Below, one piece after another: positions 10,201-19,769 of a stretch of DNA of 64,000 nucleotides. Each line of letters opens with the position of its first letter. The first letter of the stretch is position 1. The DNA lies in NCBI GenBank assembly GCA_963747825.1, contig CAVVGQ010000009.1:438881-502880 (forward strand), written 5' to 3'. The notes beneath the pieces were generated by a model. The model saw only the letters and a list, made by a program, of their open reading frames with translations, ran no database searches and had not been told where the DNA came from. Made by a program: the position numbers and the translations under genes. The stretch is from an uncultured Acidimicrobiales bacterium (GTDB taxonomy: Bacteria > Actinomycetota > Acidimicrobiia > Acidimicrobiales > RAAP-2).

Positions 10201-10644
10201 AGGTCGTCCAATCCGAACGTGGTGGTCGAGTCGGTCGCCCTGGTACCTGCGGCATCCAGTGCGGCCGATGGCCTCGGACCCACCGCCGGGCTGGAGGTCG
10301 CCGTCGACTGCTATCGGCGGGGGATGCGGGAGCCAATCCCTCTCTTTCCCGTCCTCTCCCGCGAACAGCACCGGTCGACTGCCAAGCCGCACCACTGGAT
10401 GTCCTACTCCGGCGGAGGAGACGGCGACGACCCGGCCATACGACTGGCATTCCCGGGCTTCGACTACCGGGCCATCGTGGCACTGCCGTCCCGAACCGGC
10501 GACCCCCCGGGCACCGGGGGACGGATGGCACGATTTGCTGATTACCTCTGGGACACCGTTGACCGGTCGGTGGAACTGTTGGCCCCGCCGGACCCGCCGG
10601 GGGTCACCGGTGCCATCCCCGCGGGCGAGGGGGTGCAGCGGTGA
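7249..10644 (+). CDS. recC: exodeoxyribonuclease V subunit gamma
   Basis: 1131-aa ORF of RecC size and layout, directly upstream of recB and overlapping it by GTGA (10641-10644). Confidence 0.85.
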   Translation: MAMMHLHSADSAPPLAGRLAEVLSELPPDPMTPEWLAVPSDGMRRWLTLELARYLGASARGAGDGITANFIRAYPGTLRSSILNAERADPREDPWSIDRLVWSVLAVADRIADHPDLAAFVSPPPGASRYAVARRIADLFDRYHLHRPDMIRSWASGDPRDGRGLELNDGAAWQFRLWRLVRDQIGEASPPERLPALLERLRRGDLTLGLPPRLLLFGFTLLPGEGFLDLADAVATQHEVHLFLLQPSHVSSGRPRPGPNDPVNHPLLRSWGRLPREAALLLAEAEATGLPPVERVETDHSHPSATTLLGRLQHDIRTDSESTPMPVDRADKSIRFHACYGPLRQVQALRDALLHLLSQPGRGLSEEDILVLCPDLDRFAPLVEAVFRRSSDGNVDGGSPTGQGPALRFRIADQSIRTTNPLLGATAALLELVAGRFEVPAVLDFLALAPVRQRFRFDDDGLSTIAEWVAGTEVRWGFDPRQRAGFGIPEVIVSNTWQAALDRLVLGATVHDDDRHLAVGGIAPLGVEGGDVEVLGSLAEAMRRLADLAERTRDTLPVEGWIALVRQATADVLAAPPDAAWQMEGLHRILAEVLDAATRQGATSPVPLTFGDIRRLFDEQLKGKVGRPDFFRGGVTVTSMTPLRWVPFRVVCILGMDQASFGSPAPAADDLIAAASRPGDRDPRAEARQALLEAVLAAGDHLVVVRDGRDVRTNQEIPRSLVAAELFEAVLSLDEAEQRPALAEDLEVRHPRHPFDEKCFVDGALGEVGPWGFDPSDLEGARARRSRSAGARPFLVDPLPSGHREVIDLSDLHSFLKNPVAAFVAQALEARLPRREERLSTVLPVSLDALEKWKVGDRMLTARLAGMDIRAWVEFERARGTLPPGVLEDELVDGLAAVVSAIASESIIRGVRPGPSEPYEVDVELADRTRVVGTVPLRLDPATPGPARVQYSKVRAIHHLAAWLDLMVLSASDPATPWRSVVVGRSSNPNVVVESVALVPAASSAADGLGPTAGLEVAVDCYRRGMREPIPLFPVLSREQHRSTAKPHHWMSYSGGGDGDDPAIRLAFPGFDYRAIVALPSRTGDPPGTGGRMARFADYLWDTVDRSVELLAPPDPPGVTGAIPAGEGVQR

Positions 10645-13600
10645 CCGGAACGTCCCGACGTCCCTTCGACCTGGCCGGCCGACTTCCGAGCGGCGTCACC
10701 TCCATTGAGGCAAGTGCGGGGACCGGCAAGACCTACACGTTGGCCGGCCTGGCCACCCGGTACCTCGCCGAAGGGGGCGTCTCGGCCTCGGAACTGCTGA
10801 TCGTCACGTTCACTCGTGCCGCCACCAGCGAGTTGCGGGCGCGGGTGCGTGACCGCATGATCGAGGCCGCAGCGTTTCTCGATGGGACCGGCCGGCCCCC
10901 AGCCGAGGACGACGTCCTCCTCCACTGTCTGTCCGCCGGAGACGCCGCCAAACGGTGGGACCAACTGCAGCGGGCCATCACCGAGTTCGATGCCGCCACC
11001 ATCACCACCATCCACGGCTTCGCCACCCAGGTGCGCCAGACGCTGGGGACCACGGCCGGCATCGATCCCGATTGCCATCTGGTGGATGACGTCGACGAAA
11101 TGGTCGACGAGGTGTGCGGCGACATCCTGGCGGCGGCGTCGGTAGACGGCGTCGGAGAGCGGGGCCTTCCCACATTCGAGCATCTGCGCTCCGCGGTGAG
11201 GGTCGCTGCTGGCCAGTCCGACCTGATCCTGGAACCGAACGATGCAAGTCGTGGTGCCGATCCCGGGCAGGTGCTGATGACCGAACTCGTACGGAGGGCA
11301 CTGGCCATGTTGGACCGCCGTCGAAGGTCACGGGGGACGGTGAGCTTCGACGACGTGCTGGTTCAGCTGCGCGATGTTCTCCGGGGGCCCGGAGCCGCCG
11401 GAGTGATCGAGACCCTGCGCAACCGGTTCAAGGTCGTGCTCATCGACGAGTTCCAGGACACCGATCGGGTGCAATGGGACATCTTCTCGACGTTGTTCGG
11501 CGCCGGCAGCGGCACATCGCTGGTGCTGGTCGGTGACCCGAAACAGGCCATCTACCGGTTCCGGGGGGCGGACATCGGCGCCTATCTCGAGGCGGTGGGC
11601 CGAGTCGGGACCGATCGCTATTCGCTGGCGACCAACTGGCGTTCCGACGGCGCCATGCTGGAGGCACTGGCAGCCTTGTTCGACGGGGTGACCTTCGGTG
11701 ACGACAGCATCGGATTCGTCCCGGTCGGTCCCGCCCTCGCCAACCGCGACCGTCGGCTCGGCGACCGCCAGGGTGGCGAGGGCCAGAGCCGCGACCTCCC
11801 GGCCCTGATGCTCCGTCTGGCCACCGCGCCGGCCATCGACCGGAACAAGAACACCACCGTGGTGGTCGCCTCGGCCGGCTATGCCGTTGGCCGCGAAGTG
11901 GCCGCCTACGTGCGCGAGCTCCTCGGGTCCGCCGAGCTGCCACCGACCAAGGAGGAAACCGATCCGCGTCCTGTTCGGCCTTCGGACATCGCCGTCCTGG
12001 TTCGAACCGGGTCAGAGTGCGAGGATATGCAAGCTGCCTTCCGGCGGGAAGGCATCCCGGCAGTGGTGGCCGCCGCCGGCAATGTGCTCGAATCGTCGTC
12101 CGCACTCCAGTTGCGCTACCTCCTCCACGCCATGGAGCGGCCGTCTGATGCGCGGATCGTGCGCACCTATGCCCTGTCGTGGTTCGCAGGGTGGAACGCC
12201 GCCCGCGTCGCCGTCGCCTCGGATGACGAGCTTGTCCCCCTACAGGAACAACTGGCCGACTGGGCCGCACTGTTCACGGGCCATCCGGTGGCTGAGGTGC
12301 TGGCCCGGGTGTGGGCCGACACCGGAGTGGTGGCTCGGGTGCTCGGCGCCCCCGACGGCGACCGCGATTTGACCGACCTCGATCACCTGGCCGAGCTCCT
12401 GCACGGCGCCGTCCCGCGCGGCGTAGCCAGTGTTGCCGCCCTGCTGGCGGTCCTCGACGCCGCCCCTGAGCACGACGACGACCCCGAGGTCGAGGTGGAC
12501 GTTGCCGCCCGGCGGATCGAGTCCGAAGCCGAGGCCGTGCAGATCATGACGATCTGGAAGGCCAAGGGTCTCGAGTTCCCCGTGGTCTGCGTTCCCACGC
12601 TGTGGAGGTTCAACAGCAAGCCGGACCCACTCATCTACACGGATCCCGAAACGGGAGTGCGGACGTTCGACCTCACCACGGGTGAGCCGTGGCCCGACAA
12701 GGATCACGCCGCCCACAGGAAGATGCTCGCCGCCGATGAACTCGCCGGCGAGCGGCTCCGACTGCTGTATGTGGCCCTCACCCGGGCCAAGCACCAGACC
12801 GCGGTGTGGTGGGCCAACGCACCTTCGAGTGGCAAAACGGCTCTGGCCCACGTCCTCTTCGCCCGCTCGGGCGCATCGATCGATCCGGCCGGTTTCGCCG
12901 AGCCCACGGTGCCGGTGCCGGCCGACGGGGACATCGTCGAGGCGTTGATGCCGCTCGTGGAGCGGGCTCCCGGCATCATCGAGGTGGTGTCGGTCGATGA
13001 CCGTCACCCCTCCGCCGTCGGCTGGGTCGACCCCGACGTCCCGACCAAGCCGGCCCGGCTCCGGCTGGCCCGATTCGACACCGTGCTCGACCGTTCGGTG
13101 CACCGGTGGTCGTTCTCCTCGATGACCGATCAGGCGACGTCGGGCGGGTTCGACCCCTACGACCAGTCACTGGCCGACGGCGGGGCGAACGACGAGGACC
13201 ACGGCGGGGAGGAGACCGGTCCGGGCATCGCTCCCGCCGTCACCGCCGATGCCGGCTCGATCGAGCCCGGCGAAGCCGCCCCACCGGCTGCCGCTCCGGT
13301 CGGGCCGCTCGCCCACCTCCCGGCCGGCGCCGCCTTCGGCACGCTGGTCCACGCCGTCCTGGAGAAGGTCGACTTCGCCTCCGACACCCTCGACGGGGAA
13401 CTCGGCGCCGCCCTCGACGCACAGCTTTTGTGGAGCGGGATGGACTTGACCCCAGTTGGCCCGGGAGCGGTCCCGGTGGAGGATGGCTCCTTGCTGGTGG
13501 TGGCGGGACTCCGCTTGGCCATCGAGACGCCGCTCGGCGGCCCCTTCGCCGGGCGCCGCTTGGCCGACCTGGCGGAGGAGGACCGGCTCAACGAGGTTTC

Positions 13601-14159
13601 GTTCGACATGCGATTGGGGCAGGGTGGTCCGCCGCTCCGCGTCGAGGACATCGGTGTTCTGGTCGCCTCCTACCTCGAATCCCCCGACCCACTGGCGTCC
13701 TGGGCCGCGGCGCTGGCCGCCGGGTCCATCGACATCGAGCTGAGCGGCTACCTGACGGGGTCGATCGACCTCGTGGCCCGGGTCCGGGACGGTGCCGGTG
13801 GGACGCGCTTCGTCGTCGCCGACTACAAGACCAATCAGCTGACCCACCGGGGCAGCGCTCCGCGGGCCGACGACTACGGGCCCGACAAGCTGGCCGCAGC
13901 GATGATCGAGCACCACTATCCCCTCCAGGCGCTGCTCTACGCGGTCGCGGTCCACCGTTACCTCCGGTGGCGCCAGCCCGGGTACCGGCCCGAGCTACAC
14001 CTCGGCGGAGCCTCCTACCTGTTCGTCCGGGGTATGACCGGGCCCACGGTGGCCACCACCGACGGAAGCCCCCACGGTGTCTTCAACTGGTCGATGGCGC
14101 CCGAAATGGTGGTCGGACTCAGCGACCTCCTCGACGGACGGGTAACGGTCGGGGCATGA
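10641..14159 (+). CDS. recB: exodeoxyribonuclease V subunit beta (UvrD-type helicase plus PD-(D/E)XK nuclease)
   Basis: Walker A EASAGTGKTYTL, motif II VLIDEFQDTD, GDPKQAIYRFRGAD, TIWKAKGLEFPVV. C-terminal nuclease motif GSIDLV...VVADYKTN. Confidence 0.92.
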   Translation: MTGTSRRPFDLAGRLPSGVTSIEASAGTGKTYTLAGLATRYLAEGGVSASELLIVTFTRAATSELRARVRDRMIEAAAFLDGTGRPPAEDDVLLHCLSAGDAAKRWDQLQRAITEFDAATITTIHGFATQVRQTLGTTAGIDPDCHLVDDVDEMVDEVCGDILAAASVDGVGERGLPTFEHLRSAVRVAAGQSDLILEPNDASRGADPGQVLMTELVRRALAMLDRRRRSRGTVSFDDVLVQLRDVLRGPGAAGVIETLRNRFKVVLIDEFQDTDRVQWDIFSTLFGAGSGTSLVLVGDPKQAIYRFRGADIGAYLEAVGRVGTDRYSLATNWRSDGAMLEALAALFDGVTFGDDSIGFVPVGPALANRDRRLGDRQGGEGQSRDLPALMLRLATAPAIDRNKNTTVVVASAGYAVGREVAAYVRELLGSAELPPTKEETDPRPVRPSDIAVLVRTGSECEDMQAAFRREGIPAVVAAAGNVLESSSALQLRYLLHAMERPSDARIVRTYALSWFAGWNAARVAVASDDELVPLQEQLADWAALFTGHPVAEVLARVWADTGVVARVLGAPDGDRDLTDLDHLAELLHGAVPRGVASVAALLAVLDAAPEHDDDPEVEVDVAARRIESEAEAVQIMTIWKAKGLEFPVVCVPTLWRFNSKPDPLIYTDPETGVRTFDLTTGEPWPDKDHAAHRKMLAADELAGERLRLLYVALTRAKHQTAVWWANAPSSGKTALAHVLFARSGASIDPAGFAEPTVPVPADGDIVEALMPLVERAPGIIEVVSVDDRHPSAVGWVDPDVPTKPARLRLARFDTVLDRSVHRWSFSSMTDQATSGGFDPYDQSLADGGANDEDHGGEETGPGIAPAVTADAGSIEPGEAAPPAAAPVGPLAHLPAGAAFGTLVHAVLEKVDFASDTLDGELGAALDAQLLWSGMDLTPVGPGAVPVEDGSLLVVAGLRLAIETPLGGPFAGRRLADLAEEDRLNEVSFDMRLGQGGPPLRVEDIGVLVASYLESPDPLASWAAALAAGSIDIELSGYLTGSIDLVARVRDGAGGTRFVVADYKTNQLTHRGSAPRADDYGPDKLAAAMIEHHYPLQALLYAVAVHRYLRWRQPGYRPELHLGGASYLFVRGMTGPTVATTDGSPHGVFNWSMAPEMVVGLSDLLDGRVTVGA

Positions 14160-16049
14160 GTAGCACCATCCGGCCGGCACCCGGCACCGCGGGAAGGACC
14201 GGCGCTGCTGCCGACCTGGTGCCCTTTGCCGAGGCCGGGGTGCTCGGGCCCTTCGAACAGCAGTTGGTGGAGGCGGTGGCACGGCTCGAGCCCCGGGCCA
14301 CCCCTCACGCGCTGCTGGCCCTGGCCATGGCGGCCCGGGCCCCCCGATTCGGTCATGTCTGTGTCGAGCTGGAGCGGGTCCGAGACCAGGTGGTCGATGA
14401 CGATGACACCGCCCTGGCGGACTCGGACCTGCCCTGGCCCGATCTCGGCGCTTGGTCGGACGAGCTGGAGGGATCGTCCATCGTGGCCGGCCCCGACCGG
14501 GCCTCCGACGCCCCGCTGCGACCTCTGGTCTGGGACGGCCGACGGGTGTACCTGCAGCGCTACTGGTACTACGAACTGCTCGTGGCCGACGATCTGGCCC
14601 GCCGGGCGCTCGCCGATGAGCATGCCCCGGACGGATCGGCCGGGTCCGGGTCCGACCGGGAGGTGGAGCTGACGCTCGACGAGCTCTTCGGGTCCGACGT
14701 CGACGCCGAAGGACCGGACCTGCAACGGGAGGCCGCCCGGCGGGCTCTGACCCGGGGCGTCTCCATCATCTCCGGCGGTCCCGGAACCGGCAAGACCCAT
14801 GTGGTCGTGCGCATCCTCATCGCCGCCCACCTCTTGGCCCAGGCCCAGGGCCGTGACCTCCTGGTGGCCCTGACCGCGCCAACCGGCAAAGCTGCGGCCC
14901 GAATGGGTGAGGCCGTGCAGGCCCGACTGGCGGCGCCGCCCGGCCGCCAGGCAATGGACGTGGATCTGGCCCGGGCCCTGGCCGTCACCGAGCCCACCAC
15001 CGTCCACCGGCTGCTCGGTCGGAGCGACAGGACCCACTTCCGCCATGACCGGTCGCACCCGCTCCCACACGACCTGGTCATCGTCGACGAGACCTCCATG
15101 GTCTCGCTGCCGTTGATGGCCAAACTTCTCGACGCCATCCGACCCGATGCCCGCTTGGTGCTGGTCGGCGACCCGTTCCAGTTGACCAGCATCGAGGCCG
15201 GCACGGTCATGGGCGATGTGGTCGGACCAACCGGTTGGACCGGAGGCGGGAGGAACGGTGCACCGTTGGCGGGCCGGGTGACCGAGCTACGGAGGAGACG
15301 GCGTTTCGCCGACGATTCGGCCATCGCCGCGGTGGCCGATGCGGTGCGGGCCGGCGACCCCGACCTGGTTGTGGGACTTCTGGTCGAAGGCAGCGACCGC
15401 GTCCAATGGGTGGCCGACGACACCGGAAAAGGCATGGACGAGGTGCGCGGTGCAGTTGTGTCGGCGGCCGTCGAGGTGGCGGAGGCGGCCGTGGCCGGTG
15501 ATGCGGAGGCGGCGCTCGATGCCGCCACCCGCATCAAAGTGCTCACGGCGCTGCGGCGCACGCCGTCAGGGATGTACGAGTGGAGCAACCGGATCGAGGC
15601 GGCGGTGATCGAGGCGGTTCCCCGGTCACAACGCCTCGGTCGGTGGCGCCTCGGCACCCCGATCATCGTGACAGGGAACGACCCGGTCAACCGGGTCTTC
15701 AACGGTGACGTGGGGGTGGTGGTGTCGGCCCAAGGGAGGCTGAGGGTCGCCCTGGCCACTGGCGGCGGGGTACGACTGGCTGGCTCCGGCCCGCCTGGCC
15801 CAGTGGGAGGCCTGGTGGGCCATGACCATCCACAAGAGCCAGGGATCGGAGTTCTCCCACGCCGTGGTGTCATTGCCGGCACCCGGCTCGCCCATCCTCA
15901 CCCGTGAGCTGCTCTACACCGCGGTGACCCGGGCCCAGGAGCGGCTGACCGTGATCGGGAGCGAAGCCACCATTCGCGAGGCCGTCGGCCGGCCGGTGGC
16001 CCGAGCCTCGGGGCTCCGTGACCGGCTGTGGCCTGCGGGGCCGACGTGA
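14156..16049 (+). pseudogene. recD: exodeoxyribonuclease V subunit alpha, one apparent frameshift near 15775-15785
   Basis: ATGA overlap with the recB stop. Walker A ISGGPGTGKTH and LVIVDETSMV. The terminal motif AMTIHKSQGSEF is in a different frame (ORF 15822..16049). The span length is not divisible by 3. Confidence 0.85.
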
Positions 16050-16445
16050 CGCTCCGGCGCTGGCTCGGGGCACCGGCCGCCGGTCGTCTCCGGCGGTCGG
16101 TGGTGGCATCCGAAGAGTGACGACCGGGCCCGGCGCCGGACCAGGCGAAGTGGGCGATAAAGGCGTCACCGACCGGCACCGGTGGGCGATCTCGGGGAGT
16201 CGGCCATTGGGGCGCCTGCAGGGCCCTGAATGACGATCCATCTCTTGCAGTGGCGACACCTTTTCACGGCGCTCGAGTGGGCAATACGTGCTTGCTCTTC
16301 TCACAGGCGCGCCTAGGCGAAGGTTTGCTCTCGAGGTGGCTCCACCCCGTTTCGGTGACCTATGGCCCTATTTCCCGACGAATGAGGAGATCACACTGAC
16401 CTTGTGGAGGAGAACTCCTCTGGACCCCGGCGAAAGGGAATCTCG

Positions 16446-17126
16446 ATGTCGACTACCGCACTAAACCCACGGCAACCACAATTGCGATCCTGGCCACAGG
16501 ACGCCCTTCGCATCGGTTTTGGTCTGATCTGGTTGATCGACGCCGTCCTCAAATGGCTACCCGGCTTCCGTTCCACGTACGTGAGCGCGGTGTCCGGTGC
16601 TGGGCAAGGGCAACCCGGGTGGCTCAAATGGTGGTTCGACTTCTGGGTCAAGCTGCAGACGCCGAGGCCGACGTTCTTCGCCTATTTGGTTGCCGTCTTG
16701 GAAACCCTGGTGGCGCTGGCCATCATTTTCGGGTTCGCCAGAAAGCTCACCTACATCATGTCGGCGGTGTTCGGGATCGTGATCTGGGCGGTGGCCGAGG
16801 GTTTCGGAGGTCCCTACATGCAGGGCTCGTCAGACATCGGGACGGCCATCATCTACGCCGTTGTGTCGATGGGTCTGCTCACCCTCTGCTACTACGCGGG
16901 AGCCAGTCGGTTGAGCATCGACTTCCACTTGGAGAAGAGGATTTCGTGGTGGTGGAAGGTCGCAGAGATGCGCCGTCCGGGCCCTGACGGACAGGCAATG
17001 CCTGCCGCCATCAACATGACGACCGTTGCGACGGCGCCTGTTTCCGGGTTGGCTCCAACCGGCGTCGAAGTGGCGCCGGCAACCACTGATGGCCCAGAGC
17101 CCAAGCACCCCGTCGGTGTGGGCTGA
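16446..17126 (+). CDS. DoxX family membrane protein
   Basis: Four TM helices. ALRIGFGLIWLIDAVLKW and VLETLVALAIIFGF resemble the DoxX/DoxD family. ATG at 16446 follows AAGGGA. Confidence 0.65.
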   Translation: MSTTALNPRQPQLRSWPQDALRIGFGLIWLIDAVLKWLPGFRSTYVSAVSGAGQGQPGWLKWWFDFWVKLQTPRPTFFAYLVAVLETLVALAIIFGFARKLTYIMSAVFGIVIWAVAEGFGGPYMQGSSDIGTAIIYAVVSMGLLTLCYYAGASRLSIDFHLEKRISWWWKVAEMRRPGPDGQAMPAAINMTTVATAPVSGLAPTGVEVAPATTDGPEPKHPVGVG

Positions 17127-17173
17127 AGTCGGTATCACGTGTCGCCGGGATCGACTGGACGAACGAAGTACAC

Positions 17174-18004
17174 ATGAATCGGAGCGGTCTGGTCGGTGTC
17201 ATCGGTGCTGTCGTGCTGGTGGGTGGGGGCCTCGGAATCGGTCTGGCCGTCGCCGGGGGCCACAACTCCAGGAACGGAACGGGAACCTCCCGGACGACAC
17301 CCGGACCGAGCTACTCGTACTATGCGTCGACGATGGGGCGATTCGGGAGCGGTTCCATGATGGGTGGTTCCGGTGGTTCGACGGCCCACGTTCCGGGCTA
17401 TGCGTGGATGATGGGGAGCACCAAGGCTCCGGGCTGGATGGATGGTGGGTCGCTGCCGGATGAGATGATGGGATCGGACCGTGATCCGGGGGAAGTCATG
17501 GGTCGGCTTTTTACCGATGCTCCCGGAATGCGCATGAGCTCCACCGAGGCCACTCGGTTGGGCAACACCATCCCGGCCGGCGCAGTTGTCGACGCTGGCA
17601 CCAGGCGCATCGCCTTCTCCGGGGACTCGGCCAGCCTGGTCGTTCTGGCCGGCCCCCTGGGTGGACCAGACGATGCCTTTCGTGTTGCTGGCATGGTGAA
17701 CCCCACCGTCCAGGTGCAACGAGGTGCCCGGGTCAGCATCGAAGTGGTGAATGCCGACCCCGACACTGCCCACGGGCTGGTGGTAACCGACATCGGATCG
17801 GCCTCCAGGCGGATGCCCATGATGACCTCGCCACCGGCTTTCAGCGGGTCGGCGGTGTGGTTTCTCGGCGATCCGACATCGACGGGCATGCACGCCGCCA
17901 CCGTCACGTTCCGTGCATCTCGATCCGGGGAGTACCAGTATCTGTGTGCGGTTCCGGGTCAAGCCCAGAAAGGCATGTTGGGATCGTTCGTCGTCGACGG
18001 CTGA
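17174..18004 (+). CDS. membrane-anchored cupredoxin-domain protein (sulfocyanin/plastocyanin-like) with Met-rich linker
   Basis: N-terminal TM anchor, then a Met-rich segment (MMGGSGG, WMMGS, WMDGG, EMMGSD). C-terminal cupredoxin signature VVNADPDTAHGLVV ... YQYLCAVPGQAQKGM. Confidence 0.75.
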   Translation: MNRSGLVGVIGAVVLVGGGLGIGLAVAGGHNSRNGTGTSRTTPGPSYSYYASTMGRFGSGSMMGGSGGSTAHVPGYAWMMGSTKAPGWMDGGSLPDEMMGSDRDPGEVMGRLFTDAPGMRMSSTEATRLGNTIPAGAVVDAGTRRIAFSGDSASLVVLAGPLGGPDDAFRVAGMVNPTVQVQRGARVSIEVVNADPDTAHGLVVTDIGSASRRMPMMTSPPAFSGSAVWFLGDPTSTGMHAATVTFRASRSGEYQYLCAVPGQAQKGMLGSFVVDG

Positions 18005-18129
18005 ACGGGCCCGGCGACGTCGGGACGATTTCGGAAACGCAACTGCGACGATGTTCACTGGTCCACTCGAACTTCGGCTCAGTCACGACCTGCGCTCCGG
18101 AAAAGGGCAGGCACCCGACCCGGCGCCGG

Positions 18130-18762
18130 TCACCCGTCGAGATCGACCAGAAGCTCTATGCGACGGGCGAGGTTCACGGCATGGTCGCCCAGACGCTCGT
18201 AGAACCGGGCCAGCAGGGTGACCTGGGCGGCCACGGCGGCCGCCATCTTCTCATCGGCCACCTCGAGGGTCAGCTTCTCGTGGAGGATGTCCATCTCCTC
18301 GTCGGCCGTGACCAGCCGGTTGCTCACCTTGGTTCGTTCGCCGAAGGCGTCGGCCGCCTCTTGCCACATCTTGTTGGCCACCTCGGTCATGAGCTGGACG
18401 ATGCCCCGGCTCCGAGCACTCATCCGGGTGCCTAGATGGTCGACCGACCTCTGGGCGATGTGCTCGGCCAGATCGGCGCTGCGTTCGAGCTCGGGGATGA
18501 TCAGGAGCATGGCCACCAGGTAGCGGAGTTCATTGCCAGTGACGGAACGGGTCTGCAGCTCGTCCCAGATCAGCAGCTCGACCTCGGCGCTCAGGTCATC
18601 CACCTCCTGGTCGCCGTCGATGACCGTCTGTCCGAGCAGTGCCTCGTCCCCCAACAGCGCGTGGGTGGCCCGGGCCAGGGCCTCGGACACCAGTGCGAAC
18701 AGCTGGATGACCTTTCGGTCGATGACGGTGGTGCCGGGTCGGGGGGTGGCCATGACACGCAA
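18130..18762 (-). CDS. phoU: PhoU family phosphate-signalling protein
   Basis: About 210 aa with two PhoU repeats (DxxVD..E and ERLGDHAVN-type motifs: ELERSADLAEHIA, YERLGDHAVNLA). Confidence 0.85.
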   Translation of the reverse strand: MRVMATPRPGTTVIDRKVIQLFALVSEALARATHALLGDEALLGQTVIDGDQEVDDLSAEVELLIWDELQTRSVTGNELRYLVAMLLIIPELERSADLAEHIAQRSVDHLGTRMSARSRGIVQLMTEVANKMWQEAADAFGERTKVSNRLVTADEEMDILHEKLTLEVADEKMAAAVAAQVTLLARFYERLGDHAVNLARRIELLVDLDG

Positions 18763-18871
18763 AGATTACCCAGGTGTTACCGGTACGACACGCTCCACCC
18801 TGACCGTTCAGCTGCCGGTCATGCAACGTTTGCCGGCGGACGGCCGGGAGCGCCTCAGGCTCCGGTCGTAC

Positions 18872-19735
18872 TTACCGGAGAGAGAGCGCCTCTGAGACCC
18901 GGGCCAGGGCGGCCAGGTGGTCGTCGACGGTGGCCAGGCCCGCTCTCATGGTGTTTATCGACAGATGGGTGGCGCCCTCGTCCCTCCAGGCTGCGGCCCG
19001 TCCGGCCAGGTCCTCTGGATCTCCCCGCCAGTCGATCCGGCCCTCCATCCCGATGGTGTTGGGATCACGGCCGGCGTCCCGGGCTGCGGTCTCCACCACT
19101 TGACGGGCCGCGTCGAGGTCGGGTCCCGGCTGCACCATGGGGAACCAGCCGTCAGCCAGCCGCCCCATGCGCTGGTAGGCCTTCGGTGACGACCCGCCGA
19201 ACCAGATGGGGATCGGGCGCTGGACCGGCAGCGGGGCGATCCCCGCTCCGGTCACGTGATCGAACTGACCGGCCATGGTCACCGACCGGGTGGTCCACAG
19301 CTGCCGTAGCAGCCCCACCTGCTCCTCGATCCGGCGACCCCGCCGGGAGAAGTCCTGCCCGAGAGCTTCGTACTCGACCGCGTTCCACCCGATCCCCACC
19401 CCCAGACGGAACCTGCCTTCCGACAACAGGTCGATCTCGGCCGCCTGCTTGGCCACCAGGGCGGTCGGGCGCTGGGGGAGGATGGTGATCCCGGTCACCA
19501 GCTCCAGCGCCGTGCAGGCGGACAGGTAGCCGAACAGCACGAAGGGCTCGTGGAACTGGGTGTCGACGTCGTAGGGCCCGTTCCAGCCCTGGTGCACGTC
19601 GGGATCCGCCCCGACCACGTGGTCGTAGGCGATCAAGTGCCGGAACCCCAGCGTCTCCACTCCCTGTCCGTAGGCCCGCACCCCGCCCACGTCGGGACCG
19701 ATCTCGGTCTGGGGCAGGACCACGCCGATCTCCAT
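18872..19735 (-). CDS. LLM-class (luciferase-like) F420-dependent oxidoreductase
   Basis: Start at internal MEIGVVLPQ (ATG 19735). TIM-barrel LLM motifs GFRHLIAYDHV and RFRLGVGIGWN. The upstream part of the 449-aa ORF is the shadow frame of the ABC gene. Confidence 0.8.
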   Translation of the reverse strand: MEIGVVLPQTEIGPDVGGVRAYGQGVETLGFRHLIAYDHVVGADPDVHQGWNGPYDVDTQFHEPFVLFGYLSACTALELVTGITILPQRPTALVAKQAAEIDLLSEGRFRLGVGIGWNAVEYEALGQDFSRRGRRIEEQVGLLRQLWTTRSVTMAGQFDHVTGAGIAPLPVQRPIPIWFGGSSPKAYQRMGRLADGWFPMVQPGPDLDAARQVVETAARDAGRDPNTIGMEGRIDWRGDPEDLAGRAAAWRDEGATHLSINTMRAGLATVDDHLAALARVSEALSLR

Positions 19736-19769
19736 CAACGGGCTCCCAGCATCACACCGGACTACCGGT

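Noticed and set aside
13106-14155. N-terminal 350 codons of the 933-aa ORF 13106..15907
   Set aside because: It is the out-of-frame shadow of recB. RecD homology starts at the ATG at 14156, which overlaps the recB stop.
16050-16445. About 400-nt gap between recD and the DoxX gene, inspected for tRNA, sRNA or small ORFs
   Set aside because: No tRNA-like T-arm or acceptor pattern, no recognisable riboswitch core and no ORF with an RBS. It is most likely terminator plus promoter space.
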